DNA of 64,000 nucleotides from Octopus vulgaris. Its lineage: Eukaryota. Below the pieces are notes generated by a model that searched no databases, had not been told where the DNA came from, and saw nothing but the letters and a program-made list of their open reading frames with translations. The stretch spans positions 120,218,001 to 120,282,000 of the forward strand of contig OX597816.1 in assembly GCA_951406725.2 (NCBI GenBank), written 5' to 3'. Both the position numbers and the translations under genes were made by a program. This document shows, piece after piece, positions 26,329 to 39,386 of the stretch (the first letter of the stretch is position 1; each line of letters starts with the position of its first letter).

Positions 26329-26511
26329 TATGCACACACACATATATGTACACGCACATATATCTGTGTGTGTGCGTACATGAATATATGTGTATATATG
26401 TTCTCTAATCAATGTTTTTTTTGTCTCTGTCTTAATTTCATTTGAGCACTTTTTTGCAGTCCTATAAATCCTTTTGTCTCCATAAAAAGAGGCAAAAATT
26501 ATTTCTTGTCG

Positions 26512-26586
<75 letters not shown>

Positions 26587-26628
26587 ATGTATATACACAT
26601 ACATACATGTATATTCATGTATATACAT

Positions 26629-26663
<35 letters not shown>

Positions 26664-27519
26664 TATAGCGTACTGTTCCGCTATTGGTGAGATAAGCAAA
26701 GTACTCCATCCAGCGAGAGATAAAATGATATATACATACGCGCGCGCACACACACACTCGAAAAAGTAATAGAAAATATGATTTGAAGACGATCATGCGG
26801 CAGTCACAGTAAGCTCCCCATTTAGAATCGGCTATCAGATTACGCAGTAATATCAATCACCATGAAATCTAATTAAATATATATGTGTAATTGAACAGCT
26901 ATGAAATCCGAATAATGGTGTGTATGTTCAGCATTACACAATTGTATATTTACAAATTAATGCAATAATGAAACCTAACTCATCAGATCACCGGAAACAT
27001 CATGGTTATAATCATTATCGACCACTCATAGCGCACAGAGAAAGCGTGTTTGCCGGTAGGCTGCGATTTGGTGAGGTGGAGATTACTCTCTTAAAGCACC
27101 GGGTTTTAAAACACCTGAAAATCATGAACAGGTGAGACAACTCACCCCACAAATCCCATTCAGAAGTGATGGATATGAAATATATATATTTCATAATTTA
27201 ATTGTGTAAAATAAGTGTGAACACATTCATTCTTGAAATTCTTTAATTCTTATTTATGTATTTATTGCAAGAATCTGTTAAGTTTCTTTCTTAAACGTTT
27301 TACATAGTTCAACGTATTTCTGGCCTCTGAAACAAGTCCTCTCAGGGAGTTCTGTTGCAAACGTACACAAGTGAATGGGTTAAAAAACAAAAGAGGAATT
27401 TTGAAAAAAGTATCTATAAAACATCGAATGGTTATGGAGGTCCACCAGAGTAAAACGGGAAACAAAGGGGTTCAGAGATAAAAAAAAAAACGGTTGAGAA
27501 CCCCTGGTTTAGTGGTTGA

Positions 27520-28380
27520 CAAGAAGGTTCCAATGAATTTTAAAATTGTACATGACCCGTTAACTATTTCTTCCTGACCCATAGCAGTAGCTATTGATTG
27601 ATAAAGTACGACTATTTTCTGGAAGTGCCTCCAACACTGCTAGTTGATACTGTTGTCATAAACTTGCTTTTCGCAAAGCTACTTGTGCATTAGTTAACGA
27701 TGTAGTAAGTTGAAAAACACCTTCAATATCGATTTCTCTTCTGAATTTGCCACTGCACTTTTAGGAACTGGATCTGCGACTTCATTACTGTGAAAACTAA
27801 ATGTTTGCTTTTCAACTTGTGACAAACTTTTTGCATAATGACCAGACAGCTAATCTGGAAAAGATTTGATTCTCATGTTTAAAGATACTTTCAAGGTTTT
27901 AACATTGGTTCAGAACGATGAAAATTTAAGGCAAGTACGAATTTCATGTGCTTTTGTTCCTACTAGGATCACAGACAGGACCTGAGAGCACCATTGTTAC
28001 TCCTCCCATTTGAAATATATTTATACACCAAACCCTTCAATGTCATGTCCAGGACATTCAGAGTTCTCTTGAGTGTCAATTGTGCATTTATCCCATGCAA
28101 TCATTTGGTATTGCTTAAGCACTTGTCCTGTTCCCGAATTCTTGGCAATGTTGCCATTAGGCACATATTTGTGCTCATATCCAAGCTATGCGGGAAAACG
28201 GAATGTGCTGTACAGTTCCCAAGAAAGATTGTAGCGGTAAAACCTGAAGAAACACCTACAATAGTTATGCCTTTATGTCGACGGACTTTCGAAAACAACA
28301 AACTGATTAGAAATGTCTTTTCAGTGAGACCATGAACAACGAAGAAGAAAATTCCATCTTCTTGTTGCTGAAGCTTGAAT
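27520..28380 (-). mobile_element. Helitron Rep/Hel Pif1-family helicase remnant
   Basis: Minus strand EKTFLISLLFSKVRR..GVSSGFTATIFLGNCTAHSVF, NIAKNSGTGQVLKQ..IAWDKCT, MGGVTMVLSG and HEIRTCLK..VKTLKVSLNMR are decayed Pif1 helicase motifs. Confidence 0.8.
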
Positions 28381-29447
28381 AGGCTGCCTTCTAGTCAGTG
28401 ATTTAAGGGTTCTTTGTCTTTGAAATATTTCACATATTTTACTAATATGCCAATATAAGATATCGCTTTGAAAATATCTGTCGCGAGATTATTGAATTCG
28501 GTGTAGTTAGTTTGAAGAAGGCCATTTATTTTAATGAGGTTGTCAGTAAAGACTGTATTGTTGATTTCATGTGTGTAGCTTTTCTCATCCCGAGGGTACA
28601 AATGAACACCGGGAAATCTTCGGCAAGGGCAAAATTGATGCGAATTATGTGGTTCACAGCTTTTTTTCACAAAAAAAAAAAAACACCTTGAAGCTCATAG
28701 CTGTTTGAAATACAAACATTTTTGACATCAAGAAGAGAATACTGGAGAGCTGCAACAGTAGTAGGAGATGCAGGCTATGCGTGGCCGAGAAAAGAACTAT
28801 CTTAAAGAATTCTCTTCACCTGGACACATACCTAAGCTGTAAGTGTGAGACTTTCTGCTCATGCTCACATGAAGGGAGGTATGTTATCGGTTACCTACAA
28901 ACTCCGCCATAATTATAAATATTTGGACGTCCATCATCAATCTTCCCGCTACCACATTCTAAGAGACCAGCACAGTGTTGATCACACCTTACACACATAA
29001 ACACATGGATTAAGATTTTGGTGCCTGCTCCATCCCCTTCTTCAAATCCCGAGAGCACATATGAACCCCACTCCGCCCGCACCCAAATCCCCACTTTGCT
29101 GGCAGGTACCATTTATCATGCCTTTTGGACAAGGGACATAACTATTGACGGACTCTTCTTCATCGCTCCCCACGGATACGTTTCGTCTTTTATACAGCAC
29201 CTACAAACTGGATGTAACACTTGCTAACTTCCAGTATCAGCGAAGTCACAATGTATTTCCATACCGGACACTGTGATGAATAAGGTATTAGCTATTCACG
29301 TAATTACCTAATTCCTGTGTGAAACCAATTGGCGAGATCATCTGAAATGGATCTATTATGCAGTATTCTAGTATAATTAACATATCCACTTTATTGACTA
29401 ACATACGAGTACCTGTTTCTTCTGACTTATGGTATGCTTTCTGAGAC

Positions 29448-29527
<80 letters not shown>

Positions 29528-29539
29528 GGTGTGTGTGCG

Positions 29540-29820
29540 AAGGCGCCTGGTCTGGTGGTTAGGGCGTTGCACTCTCGGGAGAGGGATCGTTGTTTCGATT
29601 CCCAGACTGGCTCTAATTTGTATCGAATAAAACGCTTCATTTCACATTATTCCAGTCCACTTAGTTGTAGATAGGTAACCTGATAGATTGGCATTCTGCT
29701 CATGGAGAATATTGGCCTGCCTGCCCTAACCAACAGGTCGGCATCATTCGAAAGCTACACTAATGTGAGGAAGCACATTGTGACCTGCGATGTATAACAT
29801 CCAATAGTTTAGTCGACGAA
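29540..29820 (+). mobile_element. tRNA-derived SINE, family C
   Basis: ggcgcctggtctggtggttagggcg...ttcgattccc head and atttcacatt..tccagtccact.ag.tgta core. Related copies at 53733-53975, 14380-14500(-) and ~58960-59090. Confidence 0.6.
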
Positions 29821-29844
29821 GTGGCATACATACATAGATTTGTG

Positions 29845-29908
<64 letters not shown>

Positions 29909-30539
29909 TATATATATATTATAGAATTATTATTATAGATAGTAGAATTAGTGTTATATATTTGAAAAAATTAATCGGAATGGCATTATATGTTTATAAA
30001 GGTATTTACAAATCATGACGTTGTTTTGAGTTTCTCGCTGAAAAGTGGTTTTCAAACTGTTTTGTGTCTGTGTATTACACCCAGTCCAACGTATATCAGA
30101 TGAAATGAAATGAATTTAAGTAAAATAGAACCTATGAATAGCGCACAAAGAATATAAATACATTCTTTAGAAGCTATTGAGGTGTGGAAAAAAAAAGAGA
30201 GAGGTAGTTATACGAAGAACCGTTTCACAGTTTGTTGACCTTTTTTTATAGACACAGTTTCGTTTCCTAGTCAATAGCACAGAATCGCTGTTATGTATTA
30301 AAAGAACCTTGAATTAGGTAGGGCTGTATATTAATATTAAGGTCAAATTTACTAATCATGTCAATGCCCTTTGACTTCAAGTTTCAACTTATCGGCCTAT
30401 CTAATCAAACTCTGGTCGAATAAATCACTAAAGTAAAACTTAGACATGTATGTATGTATGTATGTATGTATGTATGTATGTATGTATGTATGTATGTATG
30501 TATGTATGTATGTATGTATGTATGTATGTATGTATGTTA

Positions 30540-31890
30540 TTATTCAGTTTATTTCAAGATTTCTTGATAATAAAGAAAGAACCGGTTTCTAACTTACATC
30601 GAAGGTTCCTTTATTGGAATGTCAACATCAACAACAAGGTATTTTTGTTTGTATGTATGTCATTATTCAGTTTATTTCAAGATTTCTTGCCAATAAAGAA
30701 CCGGTTTCTAACCTAGATCGAAGGCTCTTTCATTGGAATTTCAACATCAACAACAGGTTGTTTTTGTATGTATGTATGTATGTATGTATGTATGTATGTA
30801 TGTATGTATGTATTACCTGAACTTGTAATCTGGATAGAGTAATTGCAGTTTTCTCAGTAGTTCAGCATAGGTGTTCTCTTTTTTACTGATCTTCAGCTTT
30901 ATGTTAACATCCGCTGGGCAGCTAATTTCCACAACTGCAAACAGTTTCTCTTTTCTATCCCAAAACATTATATCAGGTCTGTTGTGCTTACATTTTATTG
31001 AGGTCTTCACTGGTACATTCCACCAGTATTCCTTTTTATTATGAGTGGCTATGGTTTCTTCTACCATATTGTGGGTTCTTACTTCTTTGTCTTCGGGATT
31101 ATTCTCCTGACGGATTTCATTATAGAGTATCCTAGCTACTACGTCATATCCCATCAGTTGATAATACCGTGATGACATTTTCGGATAACTGCTTATGATG
31201 TGGGTGATAGCTTCAGCGTGAACTCCACAAAGTTTGTATCGGTTGTCACATTTTACAGCTTTTCTTGCATCTCTATCCCTTTTGTGCATCAATAACTTGG
31301 TTGATATTTCCTGTTCCTGGATTGCAAACGCATACCTTTCAAAGTGGGAGGTAGTAATCCGGCTATTAGTCCATGATAAACTGCTTTGATAATCGATGTT
31401 ACTATCATTACGGAGCTTTCTACTAACATATCCATGCATAGTCTTCTGCTCATATAGGCTCATCCTTTCATCTGATGATACGTTGCATGGCTCCTTTGTG
31501 TGACTTCTTTGGGCATGTATGCTAGGTTTCCAGACAAAGAGTGTTGCTCAAGGAGCTGCCTTCCAAGTCTTATGATGTTATCAGCCTCATGTATGCAAAC
31601 TTGGTCAAGGGATGCACTTCGACACTTGGTGGTTAAAAGATGTTACTGAAGGGATATAATGCGACATTCAAATGCATTTTGGATCGATGTTAAGCCACTA
31701 CCGCCTTGTTTTCGCTTTAGGTAGAGGCGGTCTACGTCACTGTTTATGTGGAAATTATGTGTGCGTGTTAGTATTTTCGGGTCTTCACACCAATGGCTCG
31801 GATCTCATCAAGCGTCCAAATCAAGCAGCCCAAATGCTGGTATGACTACTGGTACTACAAACACATTGTGGGCCACTGTTTTATTGAATG
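30540..31890 (-). mobile_element. Second R4/Dong-like RLE retrotransposon fragment (RT thumb to RLE) with a duplicated 3' segment, embedded in (CATA)n
   Basis: HINSDVDRLYLKRKQGGSGL. ORF 30813..31463 has FAIQEQEISTK, LCGVHAEAITHIISS, HNRPDIM and VVEISCPAD. Two ~120 bp direct repeats at 30537-30765 lie between TATG tracts. Confidence 0.85.
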
Positions 31891-31927
31891 TAGAAAGTCT
31901 GCATGTATGTATGCATGTATGTATGTG

Positions 31928-31959
<32 letters not shown>

Positions 31960-32099
31960 TGTATGTATGTATGTATGTATGTATGTATGTATGTATGTAT
32001 GTATGTTCACTTTCTCTTTTTTTATATTAGAGTAAATTTTGACCGGCGACCTACATGGTAGCAAGGATGTAAAGAAAAGTATTTTTTTTTAACCAACAT

Positions 32100-32370
32100 C
32101 CTTAAAATCATAAGAAGGTCGTGCAGATTTTTACAATCCCAGATATCATGGTCATTTATAGCATATAAATTAAGGATTTGCTTTCTCGCCCCAAGATCCC
32201 AAGTTCCAGACGTGTTGATATGTATCCTGCTGTTCTTGGGTACTGGATTTGCAAATTCCTTATCAGTGGTCCATAGATGTGCCCTTTCTCTTGTATTTTT
32301 CTAACCACATTCGTGTCCAGAGGGCAGCTGATTTCCACAACAGAACATATCTTTTCTTTGAGGTTTCACA
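32100..32370 (-). mobile_element. Small RLE-domain fragment of the same LINE group
   Basis: VVEISCPLDTNVVRKIQEKGHIYGPLIRNLQIQYP parallels VVEISCPADVNI...TYAELLRKLQLLYP. Confidence 0.7.
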
Positions 32371-32375
32371 CAACG

Positions 32376-32406
<31 letters not shown>

Positions 32407-34394
32407 TGTATGTATGTATGTATGTATGTATGTATGTATGTATGTATGCATGCATGCATGCATGCATGCATGCATGTATGCATACATACGTACGTACGTC
32501 CTTTTAGCAATTCGCTACTGGACGATTTCGTATGCCACTGATACATTTTCTGTACTTTTTTAGCCCTATACGTTTATGTGAGAAGCTTTCTCAAAATGAA
32601 TACTGCAGTTTGTGGCTTTCAGTTGTATATCCACGTTAAGTAAGATGCACAGAACCCTATATATATATATGTATGTATATATACACACATATATACATGT
32701 ATGTATGCATGTACTCTGCGTTCCAAAAAGTATCATCTTATTTGTTATCGTACAATACATATATGTATTTTACGATACATGTAAGGAGGTGATATTTTTC
32801 AAACGCAGAGTTGCCATTGGAGCGACAGAAATACAGGGTAAATTACCCTTACAAAGCGGAGAAATTTGTCACCAGCCGGTCATGAGATTCAAACACATAT
32901 CCCTCAAAAACTCCGGTTGAGTGCTACACCACTAAGGTAAACTGGCCGTTGACAATTCACTGCTGAATTTAGACGCTAATTACTTTAACTGTATGGAACA
33001 GCCGTACATTTTTTGGCTCACAATTTAACGATTTCAGAAGTTGGGACTGAAAGTTGGCCAATGGCTGAAACCATTCATAAAATTATTTCAGTCAGTGAAA
33101 CTTTATGGATGGTTGGATAGTCATTGAAGCGAGTAAAAGCATACTTTATGGATGGTTTCAGTCATTCATTTGCGACCATGCTGGGGCACTGCCTGAAGTG
33201 TTTAGCCAGCAAATCGACTTAACCTTTTTAAAGCCTGATAAGTTATTCTATCAGTGTCTATTGCCGAATCTATAAGTTACAGGGCCGTAAACAAACCAAC
33301 ACTTGTTGGTGGGGGACAAATATACATTCAAAGACATTCACACACGCACTCACACCCGACGGAGGGCTATAGTATGAGATCCCCAAGTGGGCCATATAGT
33401 GAGGCTGAACACGGAACCGTGTGGGTATAGAGCGAGCTTAACTACAGTGCCTTGCCTGTGTACATTATTTATTGGCATATTTACAAAGATATAGCAAACA
33501 CATTTTAAATGTGGGGTGGATAATAGGGATAATAGGTTTAAAGTAGCTAAACTATCTTGACGAAATATTTAGTTTAATAAAAGCGGTAACAACAAAAAAA
33601 TCTAGTAATGGGAAATAACTTTTTCCAAAGAAATAATTGTGAAGGGGAATAACTGTTCCTGTCTCTGGTTTAGTCCTGATTATCGTATCAAGTATGACTA
33701 AATATTTTACAGTAAATAAACGTTATGCTTATGAACAAACAGGATCAACACAATTCACAACATATCAACGAAGGAGCCAATACGAGGTCGCTCAGCTTGT
33801 TAGGAATAAGACTTTACTTTCCTTCAAATCACATATTGTTTAATGTTTCCAACTCTGAAAATTAAAGAAGGCATTTGATCTACAAAATTGTGGAAGGCCA
33901 TGGCTGGAACACACTTGAACATAAGTATACTCGATCAGAGATGAAATGGTTTGATGACAACAACAGTAACAATAAGAACAATTAAACGCTGATGTAATTA
34001 CATCTTGTAACTTTACATAACATATCCGAATAAATATGAATTATATTAATGATAAATAATAGCAAAATTCAATGTGATAATGATATTTCATGGATCAGTG
34101 GTTCTCAACCATTTTAATATCCGGACCGGATCTAAAATATGAATTATTTTAGGGTGTGCACCAAAAAGTGTAAAACACGAGTCAATTAAAGAAAAAAATT
34201 ATTATATTTATAGAGGGAAGACCATAACAAAAAATTGTAGGGCAATGTAATTTAATGTGAAACTTGATTTTGCTTTCGCTTTTCAACTAGTTTGTCAAAA
34301 CGAGGGCTCATGGGGGAAGATGCAGTACGCAAAAGCTGGTTGATATGATGGTCAGTCAATCGGTTGCGATATTTGTTTTGATATCCACAAATAT

Positions 34395-34680
34395 GCTTCT
34401 TTATTAGCCACACAGGGCTGCACACAGACGGGACAGATTACAAAGTAGAGCTTTTCTTTTTGGGGAGAAAAAAAAACTGGGGTAGGTTTTCGATCAAAAG
34501 GGATCGTAAAAGGAAAGGGAGAGAAAAAAAAAACGATCAATAGGAGTTGTATATCACAGAAATGTCATGATGTAAAGTGTAAAGGGGGAAGCAGATAAGG
34601 TTTATCCGTGGAAAGAAAAGCCTACGGAAAAGACCAGGGTAACCTCGGTCAATAATGTCACATGTTAAAACATTTGTTTG
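34395..34680 (-). mobile_element. Isolated 3' UTR/tail of an L1/Tx1-like retroelement
   Basis: Minus strand ends tgtcccgtctgtgtgcagccctgtgtggctaataaagaa, similar to the tails at 43545-43593 and 54186-54235. Confidence 0.5.
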
Positions 34681-34814
34681 TAAAGAGACAATTTTCAGTG
34701 CATCAGCAATCAAGTTAGGATATTTGGACGTTCCCCCCAGGATTAGACTCCAGAAGCCGGGTAGCTGACTAGCCTCGAATGCGGATATCAGCTTCATATC
34801 GAACAACACGTTAC

Positions 34815-35270
34815 CATAGTCAGAAACCGCTTGAAATTACGATGGTTCAAGGCTTTTGTACGAATCCAGTTTACTTCTGTTACATCAGCCACAGCGACTT
34901 AATAATGATATTTGGAGTATAATGCATTATACACCAGAAAATATTGCTAAGTCGCTGTGGCCAGGAGTGAGATTTTCCTCTGCTCACCATCTGGCAATTG
35001 TTCCTTGAAGACCTCCATCTGTGGGTACTGAAAACAGCTTTGATCAATCCAAATGTGCTTGTTGAAAGTTTGCATGGAATTCACGAAATATATCTGTCCA
35101 GTTGGTTAAGCAATGAATGGAAGGTACCGTGAGAAATTCTTCGTAAATCTGGAAATCTGGCATGGCTAGTCTGATGAATACAGCTAATTGCTCTGGACCA
35201 GTGTTGACTTTTGTGCCGTTATGAGCGATAGAGTAGCAAACAAAATCCTTCGAGTTACTGAAAAGCATAC
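34815..35270 (-). mobile_element. hAT (Charlie/Buster, GTF2IRD2-like) transposase remnant
   Basis: EQLAVFIRLAMPDFQIYEEFL..TDIFREF. A hAT-type TIR cagtggttctcaacc lies at 34097. Confidence 0.55.
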
Positions 35271-35440
35271 ATTCATACATGCATACATATGTATAAGATA
35301 GCTAATCGGCAGAGTTGTTCGAGTAGCGCGTAGATTGTGTTGTGATAATCGTTCTGGACCTTTGTGCTTTGAGTTTAAATCACAAGGTCTTATGATTCTT
35401 TCGGGGTCGATAAAAAACACGGAGTTTCACTTCTTTCTTC

Positions 35441-35487
<47 letters not shown>

Positions 35488-35609
35488 TTTTCTTTCTTTC
35501 TTTCTTTCTTTCTTTCTTTCCTTCTTCCTTTCCTTTCCTTCCTTCCTTCCTTCCTTCCTTCCTTCCTTCCTTCCTTCCTTCCTTCCTTCCTTCCTTCCTT
35601 CCTTCCTTT

Positions 35610-35735
35610 AATGATCTCAGCCACCTTCCTGCTGTCACCAACACGTCTTTCCTTCTGTTCATCACTGAGTACCCTGGGAACAAACTTTGCACACATTTTC
35701 CCTGTGCATTGATCTTCATGAATAGTGCATAACAC
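35610..35735 (-). mobile_element. mariner transposase fragment (linker region)
   Basis: KMCAKFVPRVLSDEQKERRV, equivalent to the WVPHEL-type linker. Confidence 0.65.
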
Positions 35736-36256
35736 ATCATTATATTATATTATATTATATTATATTATATTATATTATATTATATTATATATATATCATA
35801 ATATGTAAAGGTAAGATCCAAGGATCAAGGTGTAGGAAGTTAGTAAGCTTCGAGCAGTCCGTAGAAGGTAGAAAAAAAACATACTTTCAAGAACAATAGT
35901 AGTTTATTGATGTAGAAAGTTGTAAATTATTGATGTAGAAAGTTCGACAAGCTGAAAAATGTTATTTTATAGTTCACAGTTAGTAACTTGGGCTGTTGTG
36001 AATGCGAATAACGATCGAACTTTAGGGAATGGAGTAGATAAAATCCAGGCTACATGTGTTTTCTAGCTAGCAGAACTCCAGAAGTAGTAATTATCCAAAC
36101 GAGGGCTATTCCGCTAGCTATACTCCAGGCGAAAGCTAACTTAGGAATAGCTCACGTTTGGAAAATTACTACTTCCAAGGTTCTGCTAGTTAGGAAACAT
36201 ATGTACCCGGGATTTTACCGATTCCATTCCCTAAATTTGGATGTATATTTATATAT

Positions 36257-36659
36257 TCTTTTACTCTTTTACTTATTTCAGTCATTTGACTGTGGCCATG
36301 CTGGAGCACCGCCTTTAGTCGAGCGAATCGGCCCCAGGACTTATTCTTTGTAAGCCTAGTACTTATTCTATCGGTCTCTATTGCCGAACCGCTAAGTGAC
36401 GGGGACGTAAACACACCAGCATCGGTTGTCAAGGAATGCTAGGGGGACAAACACAGCAGAAACACAAACACACACATACATATATATATACATATATACG
36501 ACAGGCTTCTTTCAGTTTCCGTCTACCAAATCCACTCACAAGGCATTGGTCGGCCCGGGGCTATAGCAGAAGACACTTGCCCAAGATGCCACGCAATGGG
36601 ACTGAACCCGGGACCATGTGGTTGGTTAGCAAGCTACTTACCACACAGCCACTCCTACG

Positions 36660-36661
<2 letters not shown>
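36257..36661 (-). mobile_element. tRNA-derived SINE, family B, full-length
   Basis: Reverse complement of the 21502-21880 element from head to tail. Confidence 0.85.
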
Positions 36662-36716
<55 letters not shown>

Positions 36717-36781
36717 ACAATTTAACAAATAAAACATATGCATACATACATATATGTACATACCTACATCTATATATATAT

Positions 36782-36822
<41 letters not shown>

Positions 36823-37326
36823 AGTACAGGACACCACAAATAAACGTAGAACACAACGAGAAACGAAAACATAAAAACAAACAAGGAAACGGACTTTTTT
36901 TTAACAACGAAAAAACAGAGTATAAGACAAACAATACAAGGAATATTCCCCTTCATCAGTGCCCCTGGTTCGACTCAATGCGTGTTTCGAAGGTTAGGGC
37001 AGACGACGGGCTTCTTTCAGTTTCCGTATACCAAATCCACTCACAAGAACCATGTGGGTGGTAAGCAAGCAACTTACCACACAGCCACTCCTACGCTTAA
37101 AAGATATCCTAAAAGATATATCTTTTACTTGTTTCAGTCATTAGACTGCGGCCATGCTGGGGCACCATCTTGAAGAATGAATCGACCCTAGTACCTTTTT
37201 CTAAAACCTGGTACATATTCTATTGATTTCTTATGCCGAAACGCTAAGTTACGGCGAAACAAACACACCAGCATCAGTTGTCAAGAGGTGGTAGGGAGTT
37301 AAACATAGACACAAATACCACACACC

Positions 37327-37399
<73 letters not shown>

Positions 37400-37532
37400 A
37401 CATATGTATAGTAGAAGGCACTCGCCCAAGGTGACATGCAGTAGGACTGAACCCGGAACTATGTGGTTGGGAAGCAAGCTTCTAACTACAAAGCCACGCC
37501 TGCACCTGTACTCACACACACGCACAGACACA

Positions 37533-37571
<39 letters not shown>

Positions 37572-37758
37572 ACATACACACACACAAACATATATGTACA
37601 CAGGTTTGATTGCAAGCATGCAAATAAATATATATGTATATAAATGTATATACGTATATGTGTAATTCTACTTATGTTGTGTTTGTCATGCATATATATA
37701 CATACATACATACATACATACATACATACATGTATATATGTATATATATATATATATA

Positions 37759-38373
37759 GCAATAATAATTCTCCAAAAGGAATATAGACAGTAACTGCTC
37801 GACAACATAAGGGACTAAAGCCATCTGAATATGGCTAGGGACAGGGCAGGGTGGTGGGGGTGTTACTGTTGCATTTAGCCCCAGGCGAACATCGACGTCA
37901 CCAGAAAGGCTCGACACCGTCACGGTGCCCTAAACCTGCAAAGGGAGGTAATTCCCCGATGAAGCGGAAACCACACACGGACCATGGTTTCAAGGTGTAT
38001 TGCCTATCATCGGCGTGTGGTAGGCCTCCGCTTCCTCGACGAATTCTCTCTGCAGGATTTTCTTATATAGATTTTCAAGCAAAATACATTTGCTGATTTC
38101 GAAAATCTGTTCGAAAGCAATAATAATTCTCCAAAAGGAATATAGACAGTAACTGCTCGACAACATAAGGGACTAAAGCCATCTGAATATGGCTAGGGAC
38201 AGGGCAGGGTGGTGGGGGTGTTACTGTTGCATTTAGCCCCAGGCGAACATCGACGTCACCAGAAAGGCTCGACACCGTCACGGTGCCCTAAACCTGCAAA
38301 GGGAGGTAATTCCCCGATGAAGCGGAAACCACACACGGACCATGGTTTCAAGGTGTATTGCCTATCATCGGCG
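37759..38373 (-). mobile_element. Retrozyme-like 358-360 bp tandem repeat, inverted block A (~1.7 units)
   Basis: Reverse complement of the unit in 38374-39918. Left end abuts (TA)n. Hammerhead motifs at 37974-38019 and, 5'-truncated, at 38332-38373. Confidence 0.85.
37974..38019 (-). ncRNA. Type I hammerhead ribozyme motif (CCGAUGA core), block A copy
   Basis: Exact reverse complement of the motif at 38624-38669. Confidence 0.75.
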
Positions 38374-38623
38374 CCTTTCTGGTGACGTCGATGTTCGCCT
38401 GGGGCTAAATGCAACAGTAACACCCCCACCACCCTGCCCTGTCCCTAGCCATATTCAGATGGCTTTAGTCCCTTATGTTGTCGAGCAGTTACTGTCTATA
38501 TTCCTTTTGGAGAATTATTATTGCTTTCGAACAGATTTTCGAAATCAGCAAATGTATTTTGCTTGAAAATCTATATAAGAAAATCCTGCAGAGAGAGAAT
38601 TCGTCGAGGAAGCGGAGGCCTAC

Positions 38624-38669
38624 CACACGCCGATGATAGGCAATACACCTTGAAACCATGGTCCGTGTG
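38624..38669 (+). ncRNA. Type I hammerhead ribozyme motif (CCGAUGA core), GUC site after 38663
   Basis: cacacg-CCGAUGA-u AGG caauaca CCU u-GAA-ACCAUGGU-C|cgugug. Stem I has 6 bp, stem II 3 bp, and stem III is palindromic. Confidence 0.75.
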
Positions 38670-38982
38670 TGGTTTCCGCTTCATCGGGGAATTACCTCCC
38701 TTTGCAGGTTTAGGGCACCGTGACGGTGTCGAGCCTTTCTGGTGACGTCGATGTTCGCCTGGGGCTAAATGCAACAGTAACACCCCCACCACCCTGCCCT
38801 GTCCCTAGCCATATTCAGATGGCTTTAGTCCCTTATGTTGTCGAGCAGTTACTGTCTATATTCCTTTGGAGAATTATTATTGCTTTCGAACAGATTTTCG
38901 AAATCAGCAAATGTATTTTGCTTGAAAATCTATATAAGAAAATCCTGCAGAGAGAGAATTCGTCGAGGAAGCGGAGGCCTAC

Positions 38983-39028
38983 CACACGCCGATGATAGGC
39001 AATACACCTTGAAACCATGGTCCGTGTG
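38983..39028 (+). ncRNA. Hammerhead motif, array copy 2 (site after 39022)
   Basis: Identical to 38624-38669. Confidence 0.75.
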
Positions 39029-39340
39029 TGGTTTCCGCTTCATCGGGGAATTACCTCCCTTTGCAGGTTTAGGGCACCGTGACGGTGTCGAGCCTTTCTG
39101 GTGACGTCGATGTTCGCCTGGGGCTAAATGCAACAGTAACACCCCCACCACCCTGCCCTGTCCCTAGCCATATTCAGATGGCTTTAGTCCCTTATGTTGT
39201 CGAGCAGTTACTGTCTATATTCCTTTTGGAGAATTATTATTGCTTTTGAACAGATTTTCGAAATCAGCAAATGTATTTTGCTTGAAAATCTATATAAGAA
39301 AATCCCAGAGAGAGAATTCGTCGAGGAAGCGGAGGCCTAC

Positions 39341-39386
39341 CACACGCCGATGATAGGCAATACACCTTGAAACCATGGTCCGTGTG
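39341..39386 (+). ncRNA. Hammerhead motif, array copy 3 (site after 39380)
   Basis: Identical to 38624-38669. Confidence 0.75.

Noticed and set aside
36945-36995. Minus-strand GAAAC...CTGATGA motif in a (TA)n-flanked element
   Set aside because: No consistent stem III or NUH site in this copy.
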